This document shows positions 24,664 to 37,734 of a DNA stretch of 64,000 bases, one piece after another. The notes under the pieces are model-generated. The model saw only the letters and a program-made list of their open reading frames with translations. It had not been told where the DNA came from and ran no database searches. The DNA is from Octopus bimaculoides (taxonomy: Eukaryota), in NCBI RefSeq assembly GCF_001194135.2, contig NC_069004.1, positions 25,999,125 through 26,063,124 of the forward strand, read 5' to 3'. Position 1 is the stretch's first letter. Each line of letters begins with the position of its first letter. Both the position numbers and the translations under genes were made by a program.

Positions 24664-25491
24664 CTTTGAAAGCACTCATGCATACGCATTGCCATCAACC
24701 ACCAAAACCACAACACCAACAAAGCTGACTGTAACAGCATCCACATCACTAGCATTAATCATATCCGAATCATCATCATCATCATCAGCTGCAGCAATAA
24801 TTAATATCATAATCATCAACAAAAACATATGAACACCACCATCGACAACAAAAACATTGATATAAACATCACCATCAAGATTTGAATAGCAACAAGGGAG
24901 TACCCCTCTGTGGTCAATCAATGTCCTAGAAATAACAGTCAAATTCACCTCAATCTATACTCTACCTTATATTTTTTTTAAAGGAAAAGGTGAAATAGAA
25001 AAAAATAAAACTTGGGTGGATGTGCATTGAATAACGTACTCCAACATAGACTTAGTCTGAAACAAAGAAAACAATAAAAACAAAACAGGATGGTCATGGG
25101 TGGAACATCTCTGCTCGATCGGGACGGATTTAGGATTAAGCAACAACAATAGTATGAACACTCACATCATTGCCACCATCACCATCACCATCATCAGCAT
25201 CCAGATTATGAGTCATATCAACATGATCCCAAATCATCATCATCGTCATCGTCATTCATTCATTCATTAGTTGCAGGGAGAGAGAGAGAGAGAAGGAGAG
25301 AGGGAAGAACAACCATCGTCAGTAGCAACCTACCCTAGCAGAGCCGAGCGTCCAGTTCAGCTTGCCCCAATGTCATCATCAACACCATCATTGTCGTCAG
25401 CGTCATCGTTGTTATAACCATCGGCATCATCATCATTATCATCGAATGCACATTGAGGCCAGCTACGCTGGTAGAATAAGGGGAAGATACG

Positions 25492-25597
25492 ATGTTCAGT
25501 GGTGGTGCTTGTGGTGGTGGTGGTGGTGGTGGTGGTGCACCTGCCTGCAGTAGTGCACTGCTCAAGAGATCGTGGTGCACAACAACAGACGAGAGAG
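25492..25597 (+). CDS. Candidate first exon of a small plus-strand gene ([35 protein letters not shown])
   Basis: ATG at 25492, open frame and perfect donor GAG|gtaagt (phase 1). Partly (GGT)n low complexity; no homology recognised. Confidence 0.25.
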
Positions 25598-25765
25598 GTA
25601 AGTAGCCAGCGCCGGTGCAGACTGCACGCTTCACAGCAACAGACATCACGACTGATTCACACTGACTTCATGCTGGCATCATCATCATCATCACAAACAG
25701 CTTTATCTGATACAGTCATGCACACACACTCTTTCTCTCTCTCTCTATATATATATATATATAAA

Positions 25766-25865
<100 letters not shown>

Positions 25866-25868
25866 CTC

Positions 25869-25901
<33 letters not shown>

Positions 25902-26863
25902 CACATATATATGTATGGATGTGTATATATATATATATGTATGTATTTTTTTATTCTCTCATTCTGCAACTCCAGTGCCTCTTCCTCTCTGCCTTTGTTA
26001 TTCCTCTCCTTCCTCACACCGCTACTCTTTCTATCCTTATTGATATTCACCCATCCCACCACCACCAGTTTTTTTTTTCTCCCTTTCTCTGTCATCTCTC
26101 ACTACTACCACCGTCGCTTCCACTATCTCTCTTTGCATGCCACTCCCACTGTCAGCATTACTTGCACTACTACCCTCCCCACCTTCTTTACACAACAAAA
26201 GCTATGAATCAATATGTGTACGTGTGTGTGTGAGTGTATATATATATGTGTGTGTGTGTGTATATATATGTGTGTGTGTGTTACTCTGTAACTAAATATA
26301 CACGTGTGTATGAATGTACAATGTGCGTAGAATTAAATATATCTTGTGTGCATGTATGTTCACATACAGTTGTATGCATGTATAAATGTGTGTATATACA
26401 TATATATAAGCACACACACACGCATATATATTTATGCACACACACATATATACATACATACATATATATATATAGTAATAAATCTGTTTATTACGTGTCC
26501 AAATAACAGTGCTTTCATACATATAAGGATATATATTTTATACATATACACTTTATATATACACACNNNNNNNNNNACATGTATGAACATAAATACATAC
26601 CCACACGCATGCATGTACACATCACATGCATACATATAATATATATACATATACATAATATATATATAGATGCATATGCATGAATATATATATTTTCCTG
26701 TGTTCATCCTGTTGTCTGTAAAAAAAAGTTCGTTTTTTTGTGCTTTGTTTATGTTCCCGTTCCTTTTTTGACGTCCTGTACCCGGATATGCATCTATATA
26801 TACATGTAGATGTAGGTATGTACATATATGTATGTATACATTCATATGCTTATATATCATTTG

Positions 26864-26904
<41 letters not shown>

Positions 26905-27014
26905 TATATACATATATATATCTATATATATACATACACATATATAAATATACATACATACTCACAGATACATAATTCTTTATAAGTATATATGTGTGTG
27001 CATTATTATTATTA

Positions 27015-27192
27015 AAGCAGTGAAGAACTAGAACCGTTGGCATGCCGGGCGAAATGCTTAACGGTATTTCATCTGTTGCTATGTTCTGAGTTCAAATCCT
27101 GCCATGGTCGACTTTGCCTTACAACCTTTCAGGGTCAATATAATCAACTAGTCCCCTCACCCCAAATTGTGCCCTTAGCAGAAAGGATTATA

Positions 27193-27233
<41 letters not shown>

Positions 27234-27425
27234 GGCAGAGAACTGGCAGAATCATTAGCATTGCTGGCAAAATTTTAAGTGGCATTCTGCTTGTCTTTAC
27301 ATTCCGAGTTCAAATCCCACTGCAGTTGACTCAGCCTTTCATCCTTTCAGGGTCAATAAAATAAGTACCAGTTAAATACTGGGGTATCCCCTTCCCTGAA
27401 CTTGCTGGTCTTTTGCCAAAATCTG
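27015..27425 (+). mobile_element. Two tandem SINE B copies separated by (TTA)n
   Basis: Copies at 27015-27190 and 27232-27425. Confidence 0.8.
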
Positions 27426-27944
27426 AAACTAATATAAGTAACTGCTACTAAGAGGGCTGCGTGCCCCCTTCTTTTGTCCACTCACTCACATATATGTATC
27501 TCAGTATGCTAGACGCAACAGAAAACCAAAAGGCACAAATACAATTGTCACTAAAAGTGAAAGTGAAACTGCTCTGTTGAACAGAAAACACTCTCTTTAT
27601 GGCTAAGAGTTGTCTTGACTCTTATTTCTAGCAATGCTGGTGCTGACTTGTACCTTTAGTCACTTTTAGTGACGATTGTATTATATATACATACGATGAG
27701 TATGTAGAGATAAATTATCCGGGTGGGTACCGTAAGAGCTCTCGAGTATAGTCCAGGTGACGGCTGACCACATCTTGTGGTAAGAAGTATCGAGGGTCAC
27801 ATAGGGTGAGCAATTCCACTGTAATTCTGATGGGTAAATCCAGGGTTCGCTTCACTAGATTAAGAATAGTTTCAGGAGTGTAATTCCAGCCAAAACAATT
27901 ACAAAGAATACGAAAACTGGCATATCTTCAAATTATACTGCATA

Positions 27945-28113
27945 GGCGCAGGAGTGGCTGTGTGCTAAGTAGCTTGCTTACCAACCACATGGTTCCGGAT
28001 TCAGTCCCACTACGTGGCACCTTGGGCAAGTGTCTTCTTCAATAGCCTTGGGCTGACCAAAGCCTTGAGTGGATTTGGTAGACGGAAACTGAAAGAAGCC
28101 CGTCGTATATAAG

Positions 28114-28162
<49 letters not shown>

Positions 28163-28358
28163 CTGTGTTTGTCCCCCTAGCATTGCTTGACAACTGATGC
28201 TGGTGTGTTTATGTCCCCATCACTTAGCGGTTCGGCCAAAGAGGCCGATAAAATAAGTTCTAGGCTTACAAAGAATAAGTCCCGGGGTCGATTTGCTTGA
28301 CTAAAGGCATTGCTCCAGCATGGCCGCAGTCAAATGACTGAAACAAGTAAAAGAGAGA
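27945..28358 (+). mobile_element. Full-length SINE family A copy
   Basis: Near-consensus head, core, internal microsatellite and tail. Confidence 0.9.
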
Positions 28359-28783
28359 GTAATTAACTACAAATTAACAGTTAATTATACAGTATAATTA
28401 GTTGTATATATATATATATATATATATTGTACAAGTGTCCATTGTAGCGTCAGGCTGACTAATACCCCTTGGGTTGATTTTGGTAGATGGAACTGTACAG
28501 ATGCCTAGAGTGTGTGCATGTGTGTACATAAATACACACACAGATACTTATGTGTGTGCGTTTATATATACACACCAGTCTAAAAACAGGCCAAACTGTT
28601 GTGTCCTTTTATGCCCTCGAGCATAGCAGTTCAACAATCAGAGATCGATAAAGTAATGGGCTGAAATAATTACTGGCGTCGAGATGATTGGCCAACAGTG
28701 GTGCCCCAGGGTCAGTCTAACGACCGACGGCATTTAACGGAAACGAGCAGACAAATAAAAGCGAAGCACCGGAGTGTAAGAGT

Positions 28784-28983
28784 TTGAATGTGTGTGTTTG
28801 TCTGTCTGTGTGTGTGTGTTTGTCTGTGTGTGTGTGTGTGTGCATGTGTGTGTGTGCTTGTGTGTGTGTGTGTCTATGTTTGTCTCTCTGTGTGTGTATG
28901 TGTGTGTGCGTGTTTGTGTGTGTCTATGTTTCTCTGTGTGTGTGTGTGTTTGTCTGTGTGTGTGTGTTTGTCTCTGTGTGTCT

Positions 28984-29021
<38 letters not shown>

Positions 29022-29212
29022 CTGTGTGTGTGTGTGTGTGTTTGTGTGTGTTTGTTTGTCTGTCTGTGTGTTTGTGTGTGTCTATGTTTGTCTGTGTGTG
29101 TGTGCGTGTTTGTCTCTGTGTGTGTGTTTGTGTTTGCGTGTGTCTGTGTGTCTGTCTGTGTATGTTTGTCTATGTTTGTCTCTGTGTGTATGTTTGTCTG
29201 TGTGTGTGTGTA

Positions 29213-29248
<36 letters not shown>

Positions 29249-29861
29249 TGCAAGGGAATTTTTGAGAAGTGTAGGTGGATGTGAAGTGTGGGATGAGGGA
29301 TAGGGGTGGGTGGGTGACGGCTGGCTGGCTGAATGAAAGAACAAATGAGAGGAGGAATGTGCAGGGAAATTGACCAACCAGCGAAAATAAACAAAAGCAG
29401 TTATGAATGACTGAATGAACAGGTGAGACTGAGAGCTATTGATTGAAACATCGAGATGAGCAGAGAGAGAGAGAGAGAGAGAAAGAGAGAGGCTGGTGGG
29501 AAGAGACACAAATAGAGAGGGGGAGGTGGTAAGGAGAATGGGAGAGAAAGATTAAAAGGGGGTGGTATAGAGACAAAGAGAGTGACGACTAGCAGAGAAA
29601 GGGAGAAAGCTGAGAGAGAGAAAGTGAGAGAGAAGGAGGAGGAGAAAAATTGAGGAATAGTAGCAGAGAGAGAAAGAGGAAAGGTGGCTAGCAGAGGGAG
29701 AAAGGAGAAGGGGGGGCTGAGAGAAAGAGAGAGGCTAGCACAGAGAGGGGAAGAGAGATAGAGGCTTGGGGAGAGAGAGAGAGAGGTTAGCTGAAAGAGA
29801 AAGAAAGGAGAGCAGAGAGGGTAAGAGAAAAGCTAAGAGAGAAGGACAAATCCAAAGTGAG

Positions 29862-29919
<58 letters not shown>

Positions 29920-30010
29920 GCAGTTGGCCATAGATCAAAGAGATAAAACACACATAAGATAAACAAGATACCCTGACAGCCAGATATAGAGATAGAGAGA
30001 CAGACTATGT

Positions 30011-30042
<32 letters not shown>

Positions 30043-30045
30043 TGA
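28784..30045. repeat. Cryptic (TG)n tract followed by a purine-rich (GA)n tract
   Basis: Simple-sequence composition. The C/V and S/L ORFs are artefacts. Confidence 0.95.
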
Positions 30046-30484
30046 ACAGAGTCATGGAGTGTTGGAGAGACAAAAACGCAAAAATGAGTAAGAAGCATCC
30101 AGAAAATAAATGGATTGATACAGAAACAGCAGACAGAGGTGTTCTGATAAAAGAGATGTACAAACTGATATGTGCACAGACAGACGGATGTAGATTAGGT
30201 GATGCAGAGGGGCAAGGGGCAGGAATGGCTGTGTAGTTAAAAAGTTTCCTTCCCAACCCACTCGGTCCCAGGTTCAGTCCCACTGTGCGGCACCTTGGGC
30301 AAGCATCTTTTTTACTGTAACCCCAGACTAACTAAAGCCTCGTAAATAGATGTGGTAGATGGAAACTGAAAAACAACCATTGTATGTATGTGTGTGTGTG
30401 CGTGCGTGTGTGTATGTATACCTTTGGTAGTTGAGTATATTTTCTCCACTTGCTGTGTACCTATGCGCATATACGTGTGTGTGC

Positions 30485-30524
<40 letters not shown>

Positions 30525-30528
<4 letters not shown>

Positions 30529-30730
30529 CTGCCAAGCTCTTCGAAACGCCGGTGTTAAAACGGGGGTAGCTGATGAAGAAGAATGTTTTCTATGTGGTTT
30601 GTGTGTTTTCTCGTCTACGTTTTGTTTGCAATGTCCTGTACCCAGATATGCACCTATACATACAGGTGGATGTCGGTATGCACATACCTGTACGTATATA
30701 TGCATATACTCATTTACTATTTGCTTTTAT
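30525..30730 (+). mobile_element. Short interspersed repeat (family P) carrying GAAAC..GTT and CTGATGAAG motifs
   Basis: Shares GTCCTGTACCC(A/G)GATATGCA...ATGTAGGTATG(T)ACATA with 26690-26830(+), 30845-30905(+) and 57140-57320(-). Confidence 0.6.
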
Positions 30731-30961
30731 ATATATATATGTATGTCATCATCATCATCCAGTGTTTTAAATCCAGGCTTTGTCTCCATTAACGGGGGGT
30801 GGCCAGATCTATCTAAATGCCAAAGCAACTGAGGTACCCATATATATGTCCTGTACCCATATATGCATGTATGTATACATATAAATGTAGGTATGTACAT
30901 ATATGTATGGATATTTGCATATATTTATGCATATATTTGTGCATATATTTGTGCATTATAG

Positions 30962-30997
30962 AGCCAGAGATGTCTCAGGTGGGTTGGTATCAAAAAG
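30962..30997 (+). CDS. Candidate 36-nt exon (E)PEMSQVGWYQK
   Basis: tgcattatag| acceptor and AAG|gtaagt donor. Phase 1-1 fits the 25597 donor. Confidence 0.25.
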
Positions 30998-31714
30998 GTA
31001 AGTAATAAAGACAAGGGTAAACAATGACACTGACAAAAAGACAGGTAAACTAGCACACACCCATATACACAGGTAAATAACACACACGCACACAAAGATA
31101 AACCAACAAAAACAACACCAACATTAATAACATACATATACATACTAGTAAACAACACAGAAACATACACACAAATAAACAAACATACATACATGCACAG
31201 AGACTTGTGCCTCAGAGGGTAACCTTCTAGGTGCCATCCCATGGTCATTCATGACTGAAGGGGATCTTTACCCTTCTAGGAGTGGTTGGCGTTGGGAAGG
31301 GCATCCAGCTGTAGAAACTTAACCAGATAAGATTGGGGCCTGGTGCAGCCTTCTGGCTTGCCAGCCCCTAGTCAAACTGTCCAACCCATGCCAGCATGGA
31401 AAGCGGACATTAAACAACGATGATGATGATGATGATGACATAGGTTTTTATGACAAAGGATCAAGTTTTGATTGGTTATAAATTTGATGATGTCATTCGT
31501 TTTTCTCATGGATGTTTTGGTCAAATATTTTTGCTTTAGCAAAGTCCAGAGTTCTGCTTAGTCAACTTCCGGGTGATGTCATTTGACCAAAGTCCCATGA
31601 GTAGATTGGGTGAATGAAAACTGAAAAAAGCCTGTTATTTATGTATGTGATTGTCTGCTCTTGTCTAGATGCCCTTTGATGGTTGTAAATGAGTAACGGC
31701 ATAATACAAGTCAG

Positions 31715-31836
31715 GTTCTTTGTTTCCCAAGCATAACTACGTCATCAACATTGATATTTTAGAAGATTTTGCTTTTATTAAAACTGCTGAAAGTGAGCCT
31801 GGATATCTTGCCAATAAGTACAAAAGCTATTGCACA
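31715..31836 (+). CDS. Candidate exon (G)SLFPKHNYVINIDILEDFAFIKTAESEPGYLANKYKSYCT
   Basis: Non-repetitive open frame ending CA|gtaagt. Acceptor is either gtcag|31715 (phase 1, weak) or ttcccaag|31732 (phase 0). No recognised homology. Confidence 0.3.
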
Positions 31837-32489
31837 GTAAGTTTGGTTTATTATTATATAATTATGCATTGTCTCTGCTTTTAGACATAAAGGCCTGAAA
31901 ACTTCTCAGTAAGGTTGGGGTGGCAGAGATTTAACATGATAACAAAGCCACAATTAGATCTTTGCTGGTCCTTTCTAAGTGCATGCTGTTCAATTTCAGG
32001 TAGGTGTGCCAGTGGCACGTAAAAGCACCCACTACACTCTCGGAGTGGTTGGCGTTAGGAAGGGCATCCAGCTGTAGAAATTTTGCCAGATCAGATTGAG
32101 CCTGGTGCAACTTCTGGCTCACCAGTCCTCAGTCAAACTGTTCAACCCATGCCAGCATGGATAGCGGACGTTAAACGATGATGACGATGATGATGATGAC
32201 AATTGAAGCTACGGATATTACCAGCCATCTTGTTCTTGGTCTACTCCTAGATCTCTTGTCAGTTGGCTCAGCTTGAAAAATCCATCCTGCAATCCTTTGT
32301 TTCAAGATTTTAACCATATAGGCGCAGGAGTGGCTGTATGGTAAGAATCTTGCTTCCCAACCACATGGTTCTGGGTTCGGTCCAACTGCATGGCACCTTA
32401 GGCAAGTGTCTTTTACTCTCACCTCTGACCAAAGCCGTGTGAGTGGATTTGGTAGACAGAAACTGAAAAGAAGCCCATTGTATATGAGA

Positions 32490-33130
32490 TCGTTGCCGGT
32501 GCCCCTGGACTGGCTCTTGTGCGGGTGACACATGAGGTTTTTCGAGCGAGATGAGCGTGGCCGTTGCCAGTACCGCCTGACTGGCCTTTGTGCGGGTGAC
32601 ACGTAAAAGCACCCACTACACTCTCGGAGTGGTTGGCGTTAGGAAAGGCATCCAGTTGCAGAAACTCTGCCAAATCAGATTGGAGCATGGTGTAGCCATC
32701 TGGTTTCACCAGTCCTCAATCAAATCGTCCAACCCATGCTAGCATGGAAAGTGGACGTTAAACGAGGATGATGATGATGATGATATACNNNNNNNNNNCT
32801 GGCACTTGTGCTGGTGGCACGTGTAAAGACATTTGAGCGAGATCGTTGCCAGTACCGCTGGACTGGCTCCTGTGCAGGTGGCACGTAAAATACACCATTT
32901 TGAGCATGGCTGTTGCCAGTACCGCCTAACTGGCCTTCGTGCCGATGGCACGTAAAAGCACCCACTACACTCTCGGAGTGGTTGGCGTTAGGAAAGGCAT
33001 CCAGTTGCAGAAACTCTGCCAAATCAGATTGGAGCATGGTGTAGCCATCTGGTTTCACCAGTCCTCAATCAAATCGTCCAACCCATGCTAGCATGGAAAG
33101 TGGACGTTAAACGAGGATGATGATGATGAT
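32490..33130 (+). mobile_element. Two RTE 3' UTR/tail units either side of a 10-N gap
   Basis: Tandem repeats plus family C tail twice, with tails identical including private variants. Confidence 0.85.
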
Positions 33131-33442
33131 GATATACATACATACATGTATACATTTATGTGTGTTTGCGCTTGTCTCCGCCATCACTGCTTCACAACCA
33201 GTGTTTGTGTGTTTACATCCCTGTAACTTAGTGGCTCAGCCAAAGAGACTGGTGGAATACGTACTAATGTGGATTTGTTTGATGAAAACTCTTCAAAGCA
33301 GTGCTCCAGCATGGCTGTGGTCAAATGGCTGAAACAAGTAAAAGAATAAAACTGTAGGACCAGAGCTGGGTTTCTCAATATGGAGAAATAATAGCTCCTC
33401 CACAAGAGACTACCTGATCCATGAGCAAAAAAAAATACACAC

Positions 33443-33493
33443 CTTGTAAAGTTATGTTATTCCAGAGATCTTTTGCAGGATCCCTCATTTCAG
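33443..33493 (-). CDS. Candidate 51-nt exon (A)EMRDPAKDLWNNITLQ
   Basis: aatgcaaacag| acceptor (weak) and CAAG|gtgtgt donor. Phase 1-1 bridges the 34119 and 8901 exons. Confidence 0.25.
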
Positions 33494-33601
33494 CTGTTTG
33501 CATTCGGGTAAAATGGTGACATGGTGGGATTCAAAGCCAAATACCACAAGGCACCCATCCGATGCTCCAACAACACTGTCAATTCACCAAGAGAGATGAA
33601 A

Positions 33602-33841
33602 GGTGGTGAGCTGGCGGAATCGTTAGCACTCCGGGCGAAATGCTTAGCGGTATTTCATCTGCCGTTATGTTCTGAGTTCAAATTCCGCCGAGGTCAACTT
33701 TGTCTTTCATCCTTTCGGGGTCGATAAATTAAGTACCAGTTATGCACTGGGGTCGATGTAATCGACTTAATCCCTTTGTCTGTCCTTGTTTGTCCCCTCT
33801 ATGTTTAGCCCCTTGTGGGCAGTAAAAAGAAGAAAAAAAAT
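33602..33841 (+). mobile_element. SINE family B (long-tail subtype) with 13-bp target-site duplication
   Basis: AAGAGAGATGAAA at 33589-33601 and 33842-33854. Confidence 0.9.
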
Positions 33842-34118
33842 AAGAGAGATGAAATGTTTTTAATCATGTTTGATCAAGATTGATCTGGACAGACACACAT
33901 GCATACACTCAGACACATATATGCATACACACGCACACATACACACACATATACACGCACACACTCAGACACACACACACACACACACATGCACAAACAT
34001 ACACTCAGACACATATGCACACATACATACACACATACTTAGACACATGCATACACACATCTGGACATCCATACACATACATACATACAAGCATGCACAC
34101 ACACACTGCAAACCTTAC

Positions 34119-34365
34119 CTGTGTCAGTGAAAAAAGGTGCACCAAGTTCATTAGCAGACGCAGTATGGTTCTGACCGGCTGTCTTTTGACACCCACGATT
34201 CTTGGGAAAGCTGATCTTTGGAAAAGATTGGTTGTTTTCAAAGGATTCATTGCTGCTGCAGCTGTTGTACCTGCACCCAGCAAGTTCCGCAGCTGCATGT
34301 AAATCATAATGATCCTGACAAAGGAACTGGTCAGTCTTAGGTCGGCCGGAGGAGACTGCGGTTTC
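34119..34365 (-). CDS. Coding exon of the minus-strand gene, 5' part hidden in the gap (ETAVSSGRPKTDQFLCQDHYDLHAAAELAGCRYNSCSSNESFENNQSFPKISFPKNRGCQKTAGQNHTASANELGAPFFTDT)
   Basis: 247 nt of unique, balanced-GC sequence ending at the consensus donor CAG|gtaagg, after which (CA)n intron-like sequence starts. Two minus frames are open, so frame choice is an inference. Confidence 0.55.
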
Positions 34366-35467
34366 NNNNNNNNNNNNNNNNNNNNNNNNNNNNNNNNNNN
34401 NNNNNNNNNNNNNNNNNNNNNNNNNNNNNNNNNNNNNNNNNNNNNNNNNNNNNNNNNNNNNNNNNNNNNNNNNNNNNNNNNNNNNNNNNNNNNNNNNNNN
34501 NNNNNNNNNNNNNNNNNNNNNNNNNNNNNNNNNNNNNNNNNNNNNNNNNNNNNNNNNNNNNNNNNNNNNNNNNNNNNNNNNNNNNNNNNNNNNNNNNNNN
34601 NNNNNNNNNNNNNNNNNNNNNNNNNNNNNNNNNNNNNNNNNNNNNNNNNNNNNNNNNNNNNNNNNNNNNNNNNNNNNNNNNNNNNNNNNNNNNNNNNNNN
34701 NNNNNNNNNNNNNNNNNNNNNNNNNNNNNNNNNNNNNNNNNNNNNNNNNNNNNNNNNNNNNNNNNNNNNNNNNNNNNNNNNNNNNNNNNNNNNNNNNNNN
34801 NNNNNNNNNNNNNNNNNNNNNNNNNNNNNNNNNNNNNNNNNNNNNNNNNNNNNNNNNNNNNNNNNNNNNNNNNNNNNNNNNNNNNNNNNNNNNNNNNNNN
34901 NNNNNNNNNNNNNNNNNNNNNNNNNNNNNNNNNNNNNNNNNNNNNNNNNNNNNNNNNNNNNNNNNNNNNNNNNNNNNNNNNNNNNNNNNNNNNNNNNNNN
35001 NNNNNNNNNNNNNNNNNNNNNNNNNNNNNNNNNNNNNNNNNNNNNNNNNNNNNNNNNNNNNNNNNNNNNNNNNNNNNNNNNNNNNNNNNNNNNNNNNNNN
35101 NNNNNNNNNNNNNNNNNNNNNNNNNNNNNNNNNNNNNNNNNNNNNNNNNNNNNNNNNNNNNNNNNNNNNNNNNNNNNNNNNNTGAGAGAGTTGAGTGAAG
35201 GAGTCAATGAGTGAGAGAATCAGAGAGAGAAAGAGTGAATAAGTGATTCAGTTAGAGAGAGAGAGAGAGAGAGAGAGTTGAGTGAAGGAGTCAATGAGTG
35301 AGAGAATCAGAGAGAGAAAGAGTCAGTTGGAGTGAAAAACAGAAAGTGTAAGGAAGGAAGGAAGGAAGAGAAAGAAAGAGTCAGTATGAGTGAAAGATAG
35401 AAAGTGCAAAGAAGGTAGGAAGAGAGAGAGAGAGAGAGTTGAGAGTGAAGGAGTTAATGAGTGAGCG

Positions 35468-35508
<41 letters not shown>

Positions 35509-35544
35509 GAGAGAGAAAGAGAGCATCATTGATCAAAGTATAAC

Positions 35545-36010
35545 CCCTCTTGAACATGATCTTCTATTCAAACTGTTTGAAAGATTTTGAAGCCGGGCTA
35601 TAACAAAGCCACTGCTTTCTCTCATTAGGATTATGGAAATAGATCCATTTTTCATCCCCAGTTACAAGTCAATGCCAAAAAATGGGCATCTCGAGGATTT
35701 GTTAGCAGTTGTTTGCAAATGGTCACACATTGTTAAGCTTAGACATTGGTCAGGTCATGAGAATTTCTCAAGTGTCTGTTCACAAATCTGAGCTTATGGA
35801 GATACCAATTGTAGAGAACAAGTTCTGCCAACAATGTACAAGTGCTTGGATGTTGTTTAACCATTTCTAAAAAGGCCACCTTATTTTCTACAACAGGTCA
35901 CCCTAACTTTGGTTTATCTTTGAGGCTGGTGTTGACTTCCTTGAAACATCTGAACTAGGTTTGTACCCAAACTTCATTGACAGTTTCTGGGGCCTTGCAT
36001 ATTATTATTT
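35545..36010 (-). mobile_element. Degenerate mariner transposase relic
   Basis: Minus translation across stops: FRCFKEVNTSLKDKPKLG*P...LHKLRFVNR...HDLT...CKQLLTNPRDAHFL...TGDEKWIYFHNPNERKQWL, containing the HTH region and the first catalytic D motif TGDEKW. Confidence 0.85.
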
Positions 36011-36169
36011 TTTTTTTTCGCCATTGTCTTTTTACTCGGTCCTTTTTTTACACTGGTGTAAAATGGACTAATTGCAATTTTCCCACCTCTCAATATCTAA
36101 GATGTAAAATAAAGAATAAACAATGTTTATAAGTTGTATATTCTTTCTTTCTTTATTCCTTTATTCCTT

Positions 36170-36567
36170 TATTTGTTTCAGTCATTTGACTGCGGCCATG
36201 CTGGAGCACCACCTTTAGTTGAATCAAATCGACCCCGGGACTTCTTCTTTGTAAGCCTAGTACTTATCCTATCGGTCTCTTTGGCCGAACCCCTAAGTTA
36301 CGGGGACCTAAACACACCAGCATCGGTTGTCAAGCGATGTTGGGTGGGACAAACACAGATACATAACATATACACACACATACATATATATATACACATA
36401 TACGACGGGCTTCTTTCAGTTTCCATCTACCAAATCTACTCACAAGGCTTTGGTCAGCCCGAGGCTATAGAAGAAGACACTTGCCCAAGGTGCCACGCAG
36501 TGGGACTGAACCCAAAACCATGTGGTTGGTAAGCAAGCTACTTACCACACAGCCACTCCTATGCCTA
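36170..36567 (-). mobile_element. Full-length SINE family A copy
   Basis: Reverse complement of the family A unit. Confidence 0.9.
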
Positions 36568-37006
36568 TGAAAATAAAGACTAAATGATTCAGCAATGATT
36601 GAACAGATTGCATCAAATTAATGATATAATATGGAGATACATGTTGACAAAACAGATCAGTGAAAATCCCCCAAAACTTTCGAATCTACCTGGTATGTAT
36701 GTAGCTTCATGTTTGTGCGCACCACCCTTAAAAACAAGTGTTGTTTATGCTATACCCTTCATACTTCACAACTTAATTCAGGGAGAGATAAGAGAAATAC
36801 TAGGCTGAAGTATATAACAGGGTTAATATGGGTGACTATGATTGAATATTATTAACTCTTGAATTCCCCCAGCACCCTGTAAGGTCACGTTTGAATGACT
36901 GGAGAATGAGAGAATGAAAATGACTCTCCAGTTTTGCTTGCAATGAGAGAGAGAGAGGGAGAGAGAGAGAGACGGGGAGAGAGTGCATATGTGTGTGTGA
37001 CTTACC

Positions 37007-37106
37007 ATTTTACCTGTATTTGATTTCCAAGAGTTAATGTAATCACAAGACTGAGTGATACCTTTTGTAGGCAGTTGGTGGTAATCATAGAATGGAATGC
37101 TGGATC
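37007..37106 (-). CDS. Candidate exon SSIPFYDYHQLPTKGITQSCDYINSWKSNTGKM
   Basis: Strong acceptor ttttgatttttcttcctag| (alternative tttttctccacag| at 37130) and donor ATG|gtaagt. Open frame in unique sequence. Confidence 0.5.
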
Positions 37107-37569
37107 TAGGAAGAAAAATCAAAATTAAAACTGTGGAGAAAAAAAAGAAAAATTACACATTTTGAATATTTGGTGAAAGATTTCCATTAAACATTTGTTT
37201 AGTCTACACATGGCAGATAAATCTTTACTCAAAAAATTCCTTGAATCTGGAAGCATTTCAGATTTTGGAATCACAATATTTGCATTTGTAGAATGGGATA
37301 ACTTGGGTATAAGATCCAAGTCTAGGCACGGCATCCATTTCTTCCCCTCTGTTCACCATTCACTGCATTCACGCCTTCCATCATCTCTATTCATCTCTTA
37401 CTTTCCTTTCAAACTCTTGCAAACTTACCTAGATACTCATCCTGTTCAATCACCATCATTTGATACCATGTTCCATGCTGGCATTGACAGGATCCGACGT
37501 GTCCAAAGACTGCATCATGTTCCAGTGTCTGTTTTGACATGGATTTCACAACTGGATACTCTTCTTTAA

Positions 37570-37730
37570 AATGGTTATCTCAGGAAAATCCTTGAGATAC
37601 CCATTTTTGGTGCCAAATTGCAACTGGGGATAGAAAAAGGATCTAGTTTCGCAATCTTATCAGTAGCTTCATTCTAACCAGACCTGTTGTCAAACAAGGG
37701 CAGTTTGAACAGAAGGTCAGGTCATTTATT
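37570..37730 (+). mobile_element. Short mariner transposase relic, same family as 35545-36010
   Basis: ATTGCAACTGGGGATAGAAAAAGGATCTAGTTTC resembles the TGDEKWIYF-coding segment of the 35.6-kb relic. Confidence 0.6.
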
Positions 37731-37734
37731 AGTT

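Noticed and set aside
25335-25649. Minus-strand 104-aa ORF (MMSVAVKR...PPPPPPPP...)
   Set aside because: Driven by (CCA)n and (GAT)n repeats, with no in-frame splice support. The plus-strand donor is the better signal, although neither is secure.
32600-33130. Identical RTE tails in tandem
   Set aside because: They share private variants and straddle a 10-N gap, so two haplotypes or an overlap were probably assembled in series.
35620-35960. Strong-looking plus-strand acceptors and open frames
   Set aside because: The region is the antisense of a mariner transposase relic.
37645-37672. Hammerhead-like CTGATAA...GCGAAACTAG on minus
   Set aside because: The core is CUGAUAA rather than CUGANGA, stem II is absent, and it lies in a mariner coding relic.
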